This document shows, one piece after another, positions 53,821 to 64,000 of a stretch of DNA of 64,000 bases; within the stretch, counting starts at the first letter, position 1; each line of letters opens with the position of its first letter. The DNA comes from Octopus vulgaris (lineage: Eukaryota), in assembly GCA_951406725.2 (NCBI GenBank), contig OX597830.1, forward strand, positions 44,702,001-44,766,000. Direction: 5' to 3'. The notes beneath the pieces are model-generated. The model saw nothing but the letters and a program-made list of their open reading frames with translations. It did not search any database and had not been told where the DNA came from. The position numbers and the translations under genes were made by a program.

Positions 53821-54366
53821 AAGAATAATTGTTAAATAAATAAGAAAATAGAGTTAAACAATATTTATTTTAAAAAATAAATAAAATAATAATTTTCTTA
53901 TTAAAGAAACTCCCTTAACTAAATTTGAAACTTAAAACATAAGGATTAGTTTCTTACAATACATTTATTATGTTAAATATTTAAGGTAAAAAAATAGAGT
54001 GAATAGATAGAAAAATGAATTTATATGTGGAGATATAATTTAGCTTTAAGAAAACATTAATAGATACAGAATATCTTTAACCTAGTTATACTCCAACATT
54101 TAATTACTAAACTATTTAACAAAACAACCACTATTAATATTTTTAGATTTTAGTTCGCATATAATAATTATAAAATAATAAATAATAAATACATAAAAAT
54201 AAGTATATATAATTTTTTTGCACGGTTCTTGATGTGAATTCGTTTGTTGAAACAGATATTGTTGTATTTGGGGATGGTCATGTTGTCAGTTTAGCCAATG
54301 AAAATACACGCACTATATATTTGGTGCTCACTTACAATTAGCTTTATTTCATATTAATCATATTTC

Positions 54367-54411
54367 GGACATAATTCTTTCGTCACACTTCTGTCACCTC
54401 ATCAGTGGTCC
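54367..54411 (-). ncRNA. Minimal hammerhead-like motif
   Basis: GGAC(c)A CUGAUGA G GUgACA gaag UGUGAC GAAA GAAU UA UGUCC. Confidence 0.6.
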
Positions 54412-55022
54412 TTTGCGTTCTCCTTTCTTTTTTGTGTCTTTCCTTCCTAACGATCTGCCATTTTGTATTCCTGTTATATGTGTCTTTATTTGCGCATGTG
54501 TATATCTCTGTGTGTGTCTATGTTTTGTGTGTGTATGGGAATGTGTATGGTACGTGCATTAGCCATTATCAGTATCCCCTGTTTATTCACGTTCGTTTAA
54601 TTAAATTTAATTTCTTTTTTCTACAAAAAGTTATGAATGTTTGTTCCTTAAATTTGAGGGTGATAATATAGATCTATACATTTTATGAATATGGTTCTAT
54701 AAGGGGACTTTTGATATCAGTTACCGGCGCCATTGAGGTAAGGAAAACATTATAAACGATCCCACTAATTGACACATTATTAATTAGCATAATAGCAGCA
54801 TAGCCTTGAAAAAACATGGATTGCATGCAAAATATGCGAGCAAGAGAAATAATATTCTTAATTTAAATTCAAAATACATTGAAAGTCAACAATGTTTGGT
54901 TTAAAAGCGATGAGATGAATTGAAAGATAAGGAAATAATTTTATTCTCAAACGCAGGTTAATGCTAATAACATAGCATGAACAGGATAAACTATCCATAT
55001 TTCTTTAGAAAAATCTGTCGTT

Positions 55023-55078
55023 GGCCAGCCATGAGACTCGAACTCACATCCCAGTGATTACCATTAAGCTAAACTGCC
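55023..55078 (-). pseudogene. tRNA-like copy lacking the anticodon arm
   Basis: Reverse complement ggcagtttagcttaatggtaatcactgggatgtgagttcgagtctcatggctggcc. Confidence 0.6.
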
Positions 55079-55316
55079 CAGCGACGAATTCTTTTGCAAT
55101 TTTAGGCTGCATAAATTTAGCTTCAAAAGACGCTATCTTACGTATAATACAACATAAGTTGAAAGTCAAGAAACAGAATATGGCTAATTTCTCCAGTTCA
55201 TGCTATATCATTAGCATCACCATGCGTTTGAGAATAAATTTTTTTCTTCATCTGTATGATAGCGTCTTATAAAGCTAGATTTAAATATCCGAAAATTGCA
55301 GAAGAATTTGTCGCTG

Positions 55317-55388
55317 GGCAGTTTAGCTTTATGGTAAAGCACTTACAGCGTAGTCACAGGGTTGTGAGTTCGAGTCTCATGGCTGGCC
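55317..55388 (+). pseudogene. tRNA-Thr(CGU)-like pseudogene or element head
   Basis: D arm gctt-tatggta-aagc, T arm gtgag-ttcgagt-ctcat, CGT in the anticodon region. The anticodon stem is degenerate. Confidence 0.6.
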
Positions 55389-55621
55389 CCCAACAGATTT
55401 TTCTACAAAATATGTATAGATTATCCTGTTCAAGCTATATTATTAGCATTATCCTGCGTTTGAGAATGAAATTATTTCTTTATCTATATCTTTTAATACA
55501 TTTCAACGCTTCAAAAGCAAATCTTGTTTGTTGACTTTTAACGTAAGTTGAATTTATCGTATGATAGCTTCTTATAAAGCTAGATTTATGTATCCAAAAA
55601 TTTCTGGAGAATTTGTCGCTA

Positions 55622-55696
55622 GGCAGTTTAGCTTAATGGTAAAGCACTTGGTGCATAATTACAAGGATGTGGTGAGTTCGAGTCTCATGGCTGGTC
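55622..55696 (+). pseudogene. tRNA-like pseudogene or element head (CAT at the anticodon position)
   Basis: D arm gctt-aatggta-aagc, anticodon region cttg...cat...caag, T arm gtgag-ttcgagt-ctcat. Confidence 0.6.
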
Positions 55697-55922
55697 GCCA
55701 ACAGATTTTTCTACAAAATATGGATAGGTTATCCTGCTAATGCTATATTATTAGCATTATCCTACATTTGAGAATAAAATTATTTCCTTATCTCTATTTT
55801 TCAATATTCTTAAGATTAAAAACTTGAAAAATTACAGGACAATTTATTACACTTGGAAAAGTTCAAGACAACTTATTATATATGGTAAAGTGCATAAAAA
55901 AAAATTTACTTAAAATATTATA

Positions 55923-56093
55923 GGCGCAGGAGTGGCTGTGTGGTAAGTAGCTTGCTAACCAACCACATGGTTTCGGGTTCAGTCCTACTGCGTGGCATCT
56001 TGGGCAAGTGTCTTCTGCTATAGCCCCGGGCCGACCAATGCCTTGTGAGTGGATTTGGTAGACGGAAACTGAAAGAAGCCTGTCGTATATATG

Positions 56094-56124
<31 letters not shown>

Positions 56125-56350
56125 TTGTGTGTCTGTGTTTGTCCCCCTAGCATTGCTTGACAACCGATGCTGGTGTGTTTATGTCCCCGTTACTTAGCGG
56201 TTCGGCAAAAGAGACCGATAGAATAAGTACTGGGCTTACAAAAGAATAAGTCCCGGGGTCGAGTTACTCGATTAAAGGCGGTGCTCCAGCATGGCCGCAG
56301 TCAAATGACTGAAACAAGTAAAAGAGTAAAAGAGTAAAAAGAAAAAGAGT
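55923..56350 (+). mobile_element. tRNA-headed SINE, family A, full length
   Basis: Complete head, body and (aaaagagt)n tail. Confidence 0.9.
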
Positions 56351-57020
56351 ATTGCAGCTAAGGATAAAATGCGAATACTAAAAATTATTTGATTTTGATT
56401 TACAAAGTAACATTATAACTAAAAAAAAAAAAGGTACTATCATTTTGTTAAAATATTGATACACTTGAATACTGAGAAACAGAAGTCTCAATATAACTAA
56501 AGCTTTATACAAAGTAGAATAGTATACATGGTAGGCAAATTCATTGTGTAAAAAATAGGCATTGGGTCAAGACTAAAACTGGGAAGACTTGACAATAATT
56601 CAAGCAAATTTTACTGTGAATTTGTTGTTATAGGTAGTTTTTACTGCAATAGATAGCTAATTTTGTATTGTTCTATTTCTTGTACTAATTATGTTCTACT
56701 ATTATGTTTTATGACCTATTTTCAACTTTCTAATTATTAATTGATAATTAAAAAAATGAACATGTTTTAAAGTGTAATAAATATTTTGAGCTATTTTAAA
56801 TTTTCAATATAAGTAACACGCACACTCAAGTAGAAGTAACAACTTGTAATAACATTTTTAGTTTTAATAAAAGCTAATATTTTTTAAATCCAAATATTTT
56901 CAAGTCCTGTAACTTGTCCTGTAAGTTTCCAGGTTTATAATCTTAAGAATATTATTTCTCTTGCTCGCATTTTTCAATGTAAATATGCATACATTTATGT
57001 TTGTATGTGTATGTATATAT

Positions 57021-57190
57021 GCGCAGGAGTGGCTGTGTGGCAAGTAGCTGGCTAACCAACCACATGGTTCCGGGTTCAGTCCCACTGCGTGGCATCTTGG
57101 GCAAGTGTCTTCTGCTATAGCCCCTGGCTGACCAATGCCTTGTGAGTGGATTTGGTAGACAGAAACTGAAAGAAGCCTGTCGTATATATG

Positions 57191-57221
<31 letters not shown>

Positions 57222-57387
57222 ATGTGTTTGTGTTTGTCCCCCTAGCATTGCTTGACAACTGATGCTGGTGTGTTTACGTCCCCGTCACTTAGCGGTTCGG
57301 CAAAAGGGATCGATAGAATAAGTACTGGGCTTACAAGAATAAGTCCCGGGATCGATTTGCTCAACTAAAGGCGGTGCTCCAGCATGG

Positions 57388-57391
<4 letters not shown>
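57021..57391 (+). mobile_element. tRNA-headed SINE, family A, slightly 3'-truncated, in a TA tract
   Basis: Matches other copies up to ccagcatggccgca. Confidence 0.88.
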
Positions 57392-57443
<52 letters not shown>

Positions 57444-58959
57444 ATGTATGTCCGTATGTGTATGTGTATGTATGTCCGTCTGTATGTCTGTCTGTCTGTC
57501 TGTATGTCTGTCTGTATGTATGCATGCAAGTATATATGTATTTATATATGTATGTATTCGTATGTATGTAAATCTCTATGTATGTATGTTTGTATATGTT
57601 TGGGTATGTATGTGTTTTATGTATGTATTCTCATACATATAGTTGAATATCTAGACATGTTCATATATGTTTAAATTACAAATTTCTAGAACGTTTTACA
57701 GATTTTTACAGTTCCAATGATGAATTAGATCTGTAGTCTCCCAATTAGCTTTCTCCTTTCTGGTTTTGAGAAGCCTAATTTCTCATGATTGCTATTTAGG
57801 CGGTGTGTTACATATCTTGTACAAATATATATATATGTATCCATGTATGTTTGTATGTATGTATGCATAATAATGCCATTCATATTTAGGGTTCTTTAAA
57901 GGAATACTAAACTGACTTTGAGGAAGAATGAAAGGCGAATCTAATTTGAGTGCGATATGAACTTAGGATGGTAAGCTTCGTGACTAAATACCGGATGCAA
58001 TTTTGTCTCACATTTTATTGATTCTTCAAATTATCGACTTAAATCGAACATCTTTCCCTCGAAATCATTAAACTGAAACACGATCGTTAGAAGAGAAGGA
58101 AAAACCCTGCCAATTTGCATGTTAACACGACATTAGCCAATCGATTTATTTTTATATTCGTTTGACGTCTAATGATTTCTAGCGTTGACTGAAAGATACG
58201 TATTTGTATGGACAGGTGTCAGAAAGTAAAAATGTTTCAAACACTGTAGTCACAGACAAGTTGTCAGATGGTTCAGTGACGAAAACCAATGAATAAGGTT
58301 TAACAGATAACAAATGAATACAAACATGTTCATACAGGCTACACTCAGAAATAAAAACTGTGAATACAGAATATGGTTTTAAATAATTAAACGTCTGCTT
58401 GAGAAGCAGTAAAATCAATGACGGAATCGATATAATGTTGATTTCTAACACCACCCCTATCTGCATTACTCTGTTGGTAACTTTGGGACCAAATCGTAAT
58501 AATCCATTAGTGATACAAAATAAAACAATATTTAGATTATTCAAAAGGTAAAAGCAGGTATAAAGAAATTACAATGAAAAATGCGGACACAAGAAAGTTA
58601 ATATTCTTATGTCATTAAACCTGAAAAAGTACAGAACAAGTTTTTTTTATATCTGGTAAAAGCGTGGGACAAGCATATTTGTATTTAAAATATTGCAGCT
58701 AAAGTTAAAATTTTAAAATATTTAGATTTTTAAAAACTGAAAATAATAGCTTTTATTAGCTACTCTATAATTAAAAAATTAGATCAAATAATAACTGTTA
58801 GCAAAAACTAAAACAAATTTTAATAGCCCCATTAAAAATGATTTTTTAAAATTATAAGTATTTAAGAACTACTACAAGTTTTTAAATAGTATTCAGTTAA
58901 AATTTCTATTTTGCTCATCTTTTTGATAAAAAGCGTCACACTGTAATTCATTAATAAAA

Positions 58960-61900
58960 ATATCATAAGTGTGGTCTTTTGGAAATTTCAAAAAAGTCTA
59001 CGGTAGGGTTGTCGCAGTGTCTCGGAATAAAGCGAAGGAGAATGCAAGAAACCCGTCCAATGGCACTGCCAGAAGAAACAGAGGCACGGAAATATGTGTA
59101 CCAGTTGAGAACAAAGAAAAGCCGTGCAATTGAAACACCACAAGAAACAGAAGCACAGAGAAATACTGATCGGCTGAGAAAACAGGACTCCAGAAAAAAG
59201 CACGACGCCGCCACAAATTCAGCAGCGACAAGCAAACAACCAAGTACGATAGCAATCGAGACTTTGTCAGCAAAGAACTGACAATGAGAGAATGGCTATG
59301 GAAGATGATGTGGCAGATTTTCACGAGAAAGAACGAAACCCAAGCCTTATATTGCACTAAGGTGGAAACGTTTTTAACATGCCCTAACTGCAAAGCTTAC
59401 CTTTGGGGTGCTAATAAAATTACCCTCTGCTGTGACAAAGAAAAAATAAGCAATGACGAAGTTTCACAGATAAAAACAAAACCCCATAATTAATCGCTAA
59501 GTACCATGATGTTCATCTATGCGATCAGATATTTTTGAATAAGATTTATGACTACAATAATTTCCTGGCTATGGCTTCACTTGGACTGGATAATCCACCA
59601 GTTGGAGCACAGAGTGGTAGCACTTTTATGCCTACTTTCAAGTTGTACGACCGCATCGGAAGTCTCCTGCCAGCGGTAAATAAGAAGCCAGGTCTACGCA
59701 CAGCTATATTTCGTTGGCGCAGAAAATAAGATGAGAAACAGGTTGTCATTCAGAGGAGCCGACGATGACGTTAATGAGAACATCCTGCTAGACTTGCAGA
59801 CAGCACTGCATATGCACAATCCACATGTCAATAGTTTTAAACAAGCTATTGATATAATTAAGGAATACATTGCACCAGGAAAATGTTCTACCGGTGATAT
59901 TATTATATGTCATAACAAACTGTTTATCCCAACTGGATCACATGAGAGAACCTATAATGCAACGATTGCATCAGAAGTTGAGGTGGTCATAGTGGGAGGT
60001 GATACCAAAAATCCAAACATTAAACCTGCGGATGTTGTTGTGCAGAACAGAGAGAGAGCAATGGGAAGTTAGACTACATAAGTCAAACCCCCAGAAGCTA
60101 TGACCCTCTTCATTATGTATTCAGTTTCCCTATGGGGAAGATGGCTGGAACTTGCTCTTGAAAGACAATGACCAAAGCAAAAACATCACTGAATGGGATT
60201 TTTATTCAGGTAAGAAAGAGCAAGTTCAATGACATAATGAAAAGTAGATGGTTGATGCAATATGCAAATATAGAGCAAGATCGATTACACTTCCTGAAAA
60301 CGTATCAGAAACAGCCTAAAGCTGAAAAGGGCCAGGGCCTTCTGGATGCTCTTGCAAATGCTGACATGAATAACGTAGTGTCTAAGATCATTCTTCCGCC
60401 ATCGCACACTGGTTCTCCTCGAATTTACAGGGAGTGTTTCGAATCTGGAATGACTCTGGTGAGAGAGTTTGGAAAGCCAGACTACTTCATCACTATGGCA
60501 ACCAACCCAAAGGGGACTAAGATAAAGGAAGCCCTGTTTGAAGATGAACGATCACAGGATCGAACTGACATTGCAGCCAGGGTGTTTGAAATGAAGTACG
60601 ATTCTCTGAAGTATGATCTGTTAAAGTAGTAGCACATGTATCTACAATTGAATGGCAAAAGACAAGTCTGCCTGTCCATATATTGCTCTTTATGGCTGCT
60701 ACAAATAAGCCAAGAACGCCAGAAATCATAGATCGAGTTCTTGTATGTGGGGAGATAACAGATAAGCATATGAACCCATGACTATTGGAAACTGTTGTAG
60801 AAATCAACATTCACGGATCATGTGGATGCCATAATCCAAATCGTCCATGTATGGATGGTGATCCACCAAAAGGCACAAAATCATTTCCCAAACAATGCAG
60901 AAGTACCACATTTATGAGTGATGAAGACTATCCACGTTACAGACGTCAGTCACCAACCGCTGGAAGTAGGAAACATATTATTAGAACTAGCCAGACATCT
61001 ACTGAAGTAAATAATAGCTTCATAGTGTCATAAAAAGGCATTCCTATCTCTCCGATACAACTGTCATTTAAATGTTGAGGTTGTGCACACCGTACTGGCG
61101 GTGAAATATCTTTTCGAGTTACCTCACGAAAGGACCCGATAGGGTCAGTGTTCAAATTCAATCAAATAGTACTGATGAAACAATAGGAAAGCCTCAATTC
61201 AAGCCTTGACGTGGTTGACAATGAAATTGTCACTTACCAAAATGCAAGATACATCTCGTCTGGTGAGACAATTTGGAAGATATTCAAATTTTTAATTCAT
61301 TCCAGACAACCCACTGCCATACATCTTTCATGCTATTTGAAAAATCAGCAATCTCTTACTTTTGACGATGAGCTGCCTGAAAACCTTGAGCTTGCAGCAA
61401 AAGCAATTTCGACTGAGTTTTTTACATTAAATAAGAATGACTCAGAGACCAGAGACAGGCCATATGCTGAAATTACAAAGTATTACATTTGGAATGAAAA
61501 AGAGAAGTGGCAAAAGAGGAAAATGGGATCAATCATGGAAGATGGAAACTATGAAACCAGTACTATTGGTCTCATTGCCATTGTCGCTTATAATGTCCGG
61601 CAGAAGGAATCGTATTACATGAGGATGCTGCTGCATCAAGTCAAAATCCCCAATCATACGCTGACTTACGGACTGATAATGGTGATGTATGTTTCAACTA
61701 GCAAGATGCGTGCACAAAGGTGGGACTTTTACATGACGATGACGAAATCATTGGAACATTAGATGAAGCCAAACATTACTGTTTCAGTGACCAGCTAACA
61801 CACGTATTTTGTACTGTTCTCCTTACCTGTCGGCCACGTGAAACCAAAGATTTATGGGAGAGATACAAGGATGCATTGTGCGATGACAAAAAAGGCAAAA

Positions 61901-63540
61901 GCACGTGGGAAACCAACAGAATTCTTTTACAATAATGTCCTGCTTTCCATCAAAGTAAGATTGGCCAGAGAAGAAATAACAATGTGAAATCTTGGTCTTC
62001 TAGAGCCAGATTTTATAAGTGAACCAGTTCTGCTCAATATTGCTAAAGCTGCTCTCTGTGACCGTGTTTTCGAGAGGTATCCAACACTAAATGCTGAACA
62101 GAAGTATGTTTTTTGACCAAGTTGTTGGATCAGTTATAAACAAGGAGGGGGAAATATTTTGCATGAACGCGGGTGGTGGCTCTGGGAATACTTACACAAT
62201 CAATCTGATTCTCGCTGAAGTTCGGTCATAAGGTCATATTGCTGTTGCCACTGCAGTCTCTGGATTTGCTACCACCCTGCTGGAAAATGGGCGAACTTTG
62301 CACTCCAGATGCAGTATTCCATTGCGAATTACAGAAGAATTTATGTGCCATATGAAAATAAGTGATTCCAGAGGTAATTGACGAGGTTACAATGGGTCAG
62401 AGGCATGTCTATGATTGTGTTGATCGCAGTCCTAGAGAAGTTTGACAACCAGATAAGCTGTTTGGCGGTCTGACTGTTTTGTTTTCTGGAGAATGGAAGC
62501 AGATCTTGCGCTTGGTGCAAAGAGGTTACAGAGTTCAGATTGTTCATGCCATATTAAAACAGTCATACATTTGGAACCATGTCCAAAGCTTTCAGTTGTC
62601 TGTCAATATGAGAGTCCGAAATTCTTGCGGTGTTGACACAACTTTCGCACCCTATCTTGACCAGCTGGGGAATAGAACATTTTCCCTCAATAAAGAAATT
62701 GGTGAATACAAAATATCTATAGCCCCACCGCATTTGATTGACTCTACAAGGCTACAGGATCTTTGTGAAGTGGTCTTCAGGGCTATTGAGGATAAATATA
62801 GAGAGGGTCTATGGATAAGCAGCAGAGCCATCATTATTCCTACAAACAAGGCTGCTGAAAAAGTAATAAAGTTGTCATGTCAAAGCTTCTACAAGGATAT
62901 AGTAGAACTTATCAAAGCTGTGATACTTTATACGAAAACGAGACTGAGTTCCCGCCGGAACTGATCAATGATCTCAACTCATCAGGATTTCCACCATACA
63001 TTTTGGTTTTGAAGAAGCACTCTTCAATTATGCTGCTCAGAAACCTTGATCCAGCAGGGGGTCACTGTAACGGAACAAGATATATGGTCGTGAATTTGCA
63101 CAACCACCTTATTGAAGCAGATGTGGCCGATGGGACACATGCTGGAATCCGAATAATGATACCCCGAATTCCACGGACCACCACTGAAGACTATCCGTTC
63201 TCATTTTCCAGGAAGCAGTTTCCTCTGAAACTGGTTTTTGAAAGGACAAATCCCAAGGTCAGACTTAAGAAACAGTTGGAATTTACCCGCCAACACCTAT
63301 GTTCATCCATGGCCAGTCCTATGTTGCCAATAGCACGATCGGTTCTGGGAACAATGTGCATATATTGGCTTTGGACTCAGAGTATAAGGGTATGAATGGA
63401 ATATACACTGACAAAGTTGTCTATTAGGAAATTCTATAAGAAAATTATAGTAGGTTTTACATTTTACTTTCAAACTACAAACAGGAGTGTAGATATGTAA
63501 GTAACTGAATCGACCGACTGGAGGGCGGTGGTTCAGCTAG
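58960..63540 (+). mobile_element. Decayed formerly autonomous Helitron (RepHel pseudogene)
   Basis: N-terminal ETPQET repeats and CxxC..CC. Rep motifs FGKPDYFITMATNP (~60470-60510), IEWQKT.LP.HI (~60645-60690) and VKYLF...KG (~61100-61135). Helicase motifs GGGSG, IDEVTM, FSGEWKQIL, MLLRNLDPAGGHCNGTR, RKQFPL. The 3' hairpin at 63505-63536 is followed by CTAG|T at 63537-63541. The 5' end is not located. Confidence 0.9.
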
Positions 63541-63666
63541 TTTCTATAATTTTGAAATTTTATCACTTTTCATTCTGAACTCGACAAAGACAAGCTATCT
63601 GTCGAAATATCGTTCAACCAATAAAATATCGACTGCAGTCGCATCGCGCTCTTCCTCTTGACTAGG

Positions 63667-63831
63667 AAGAAGAAAAAGAAGAAGAAGAAGAAGAAGAAGA
63701 AGAAGAAGAAGAAGAAGAAGAAGAAGAAGAAGAAGAAGAAGAAGAAGAAGAAGAAGAAGAAGAAGAAGAAGAAGAAGAAGAAGAAGAAGAAGAAGAAGAA
63801 GAAGAAGAAGAAGAAGAAGAAGAAGAAGAAA
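63667..63831. repeat. (AAG)n microsatellite
   Basis: Direct reading. Confidence 0.95.
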
Positions 63832-64000
63832 ATGTCAGCTCCGCGCTGAATAACAATATGGGCGTGTTACACCGGACTCTCCATACAAATACAAATCTAA
63901 TCTAATAACACCAGTGTAATAAGAAAAAGGAACCCGCGGAAGACTTGCAGGAAACGGCATTTTAACGAAAATAATCACAAAAAAAACGAAATTTTACTGC

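Noticed and set aside
55622-55700. Functional tRNA-Met(CAU) gene with encoded CCA
   Set aside because: Acceptor and anticodon stems are mismatched and sister copies differ at the anticodon, so it is better treated as a tRNA-derived repeat.
58179-58550. 121-aa minus-strand ORF or possible captured exon upstream of the Helitron
   Set aside because: It has no recognisable motif, and the plus-strand reading has several stops.

Overview
AT-rich, microsatellite-rich eukaryotic DNA made almost entirely of transposable-element remnants. The SINE families resemble those of octopod cephalopods, which is an inference from recall, not a search. I cannot support any intact host gene. The window holds: CR1, RTE, R4/Dong-like and HERO/R2-like non-LTR retrotransposon fragments; Penelope-like (PLE) remnants; an internally deleted mariner; two decayed Helitrons; many tRNA-derived SINEs; and an exact head-to-tail triplication of a 7208-bp unit (7853-29476). 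The most interesting signals are RNA structures. (1) A hammerhead ribozyme core in an apparently non-circularly permuted, multi-way-junction arrangement lies in the 3' UTR of a HERO-like element (2358-2457). (2) A short element joins a tRNA-like Pol III head to a minimal hammerhead (37452-37791). (3) At least six further minimal or variant-core hammerhead-like folds occur. (4) An inverted-plus-tandem array of ~305-bp units carries a tRNA-Thr-like cloverleaf at the apex of a long stem. (5) Fold-back palindromes recur at element boundaries. All folds were paired by eye and are untested.
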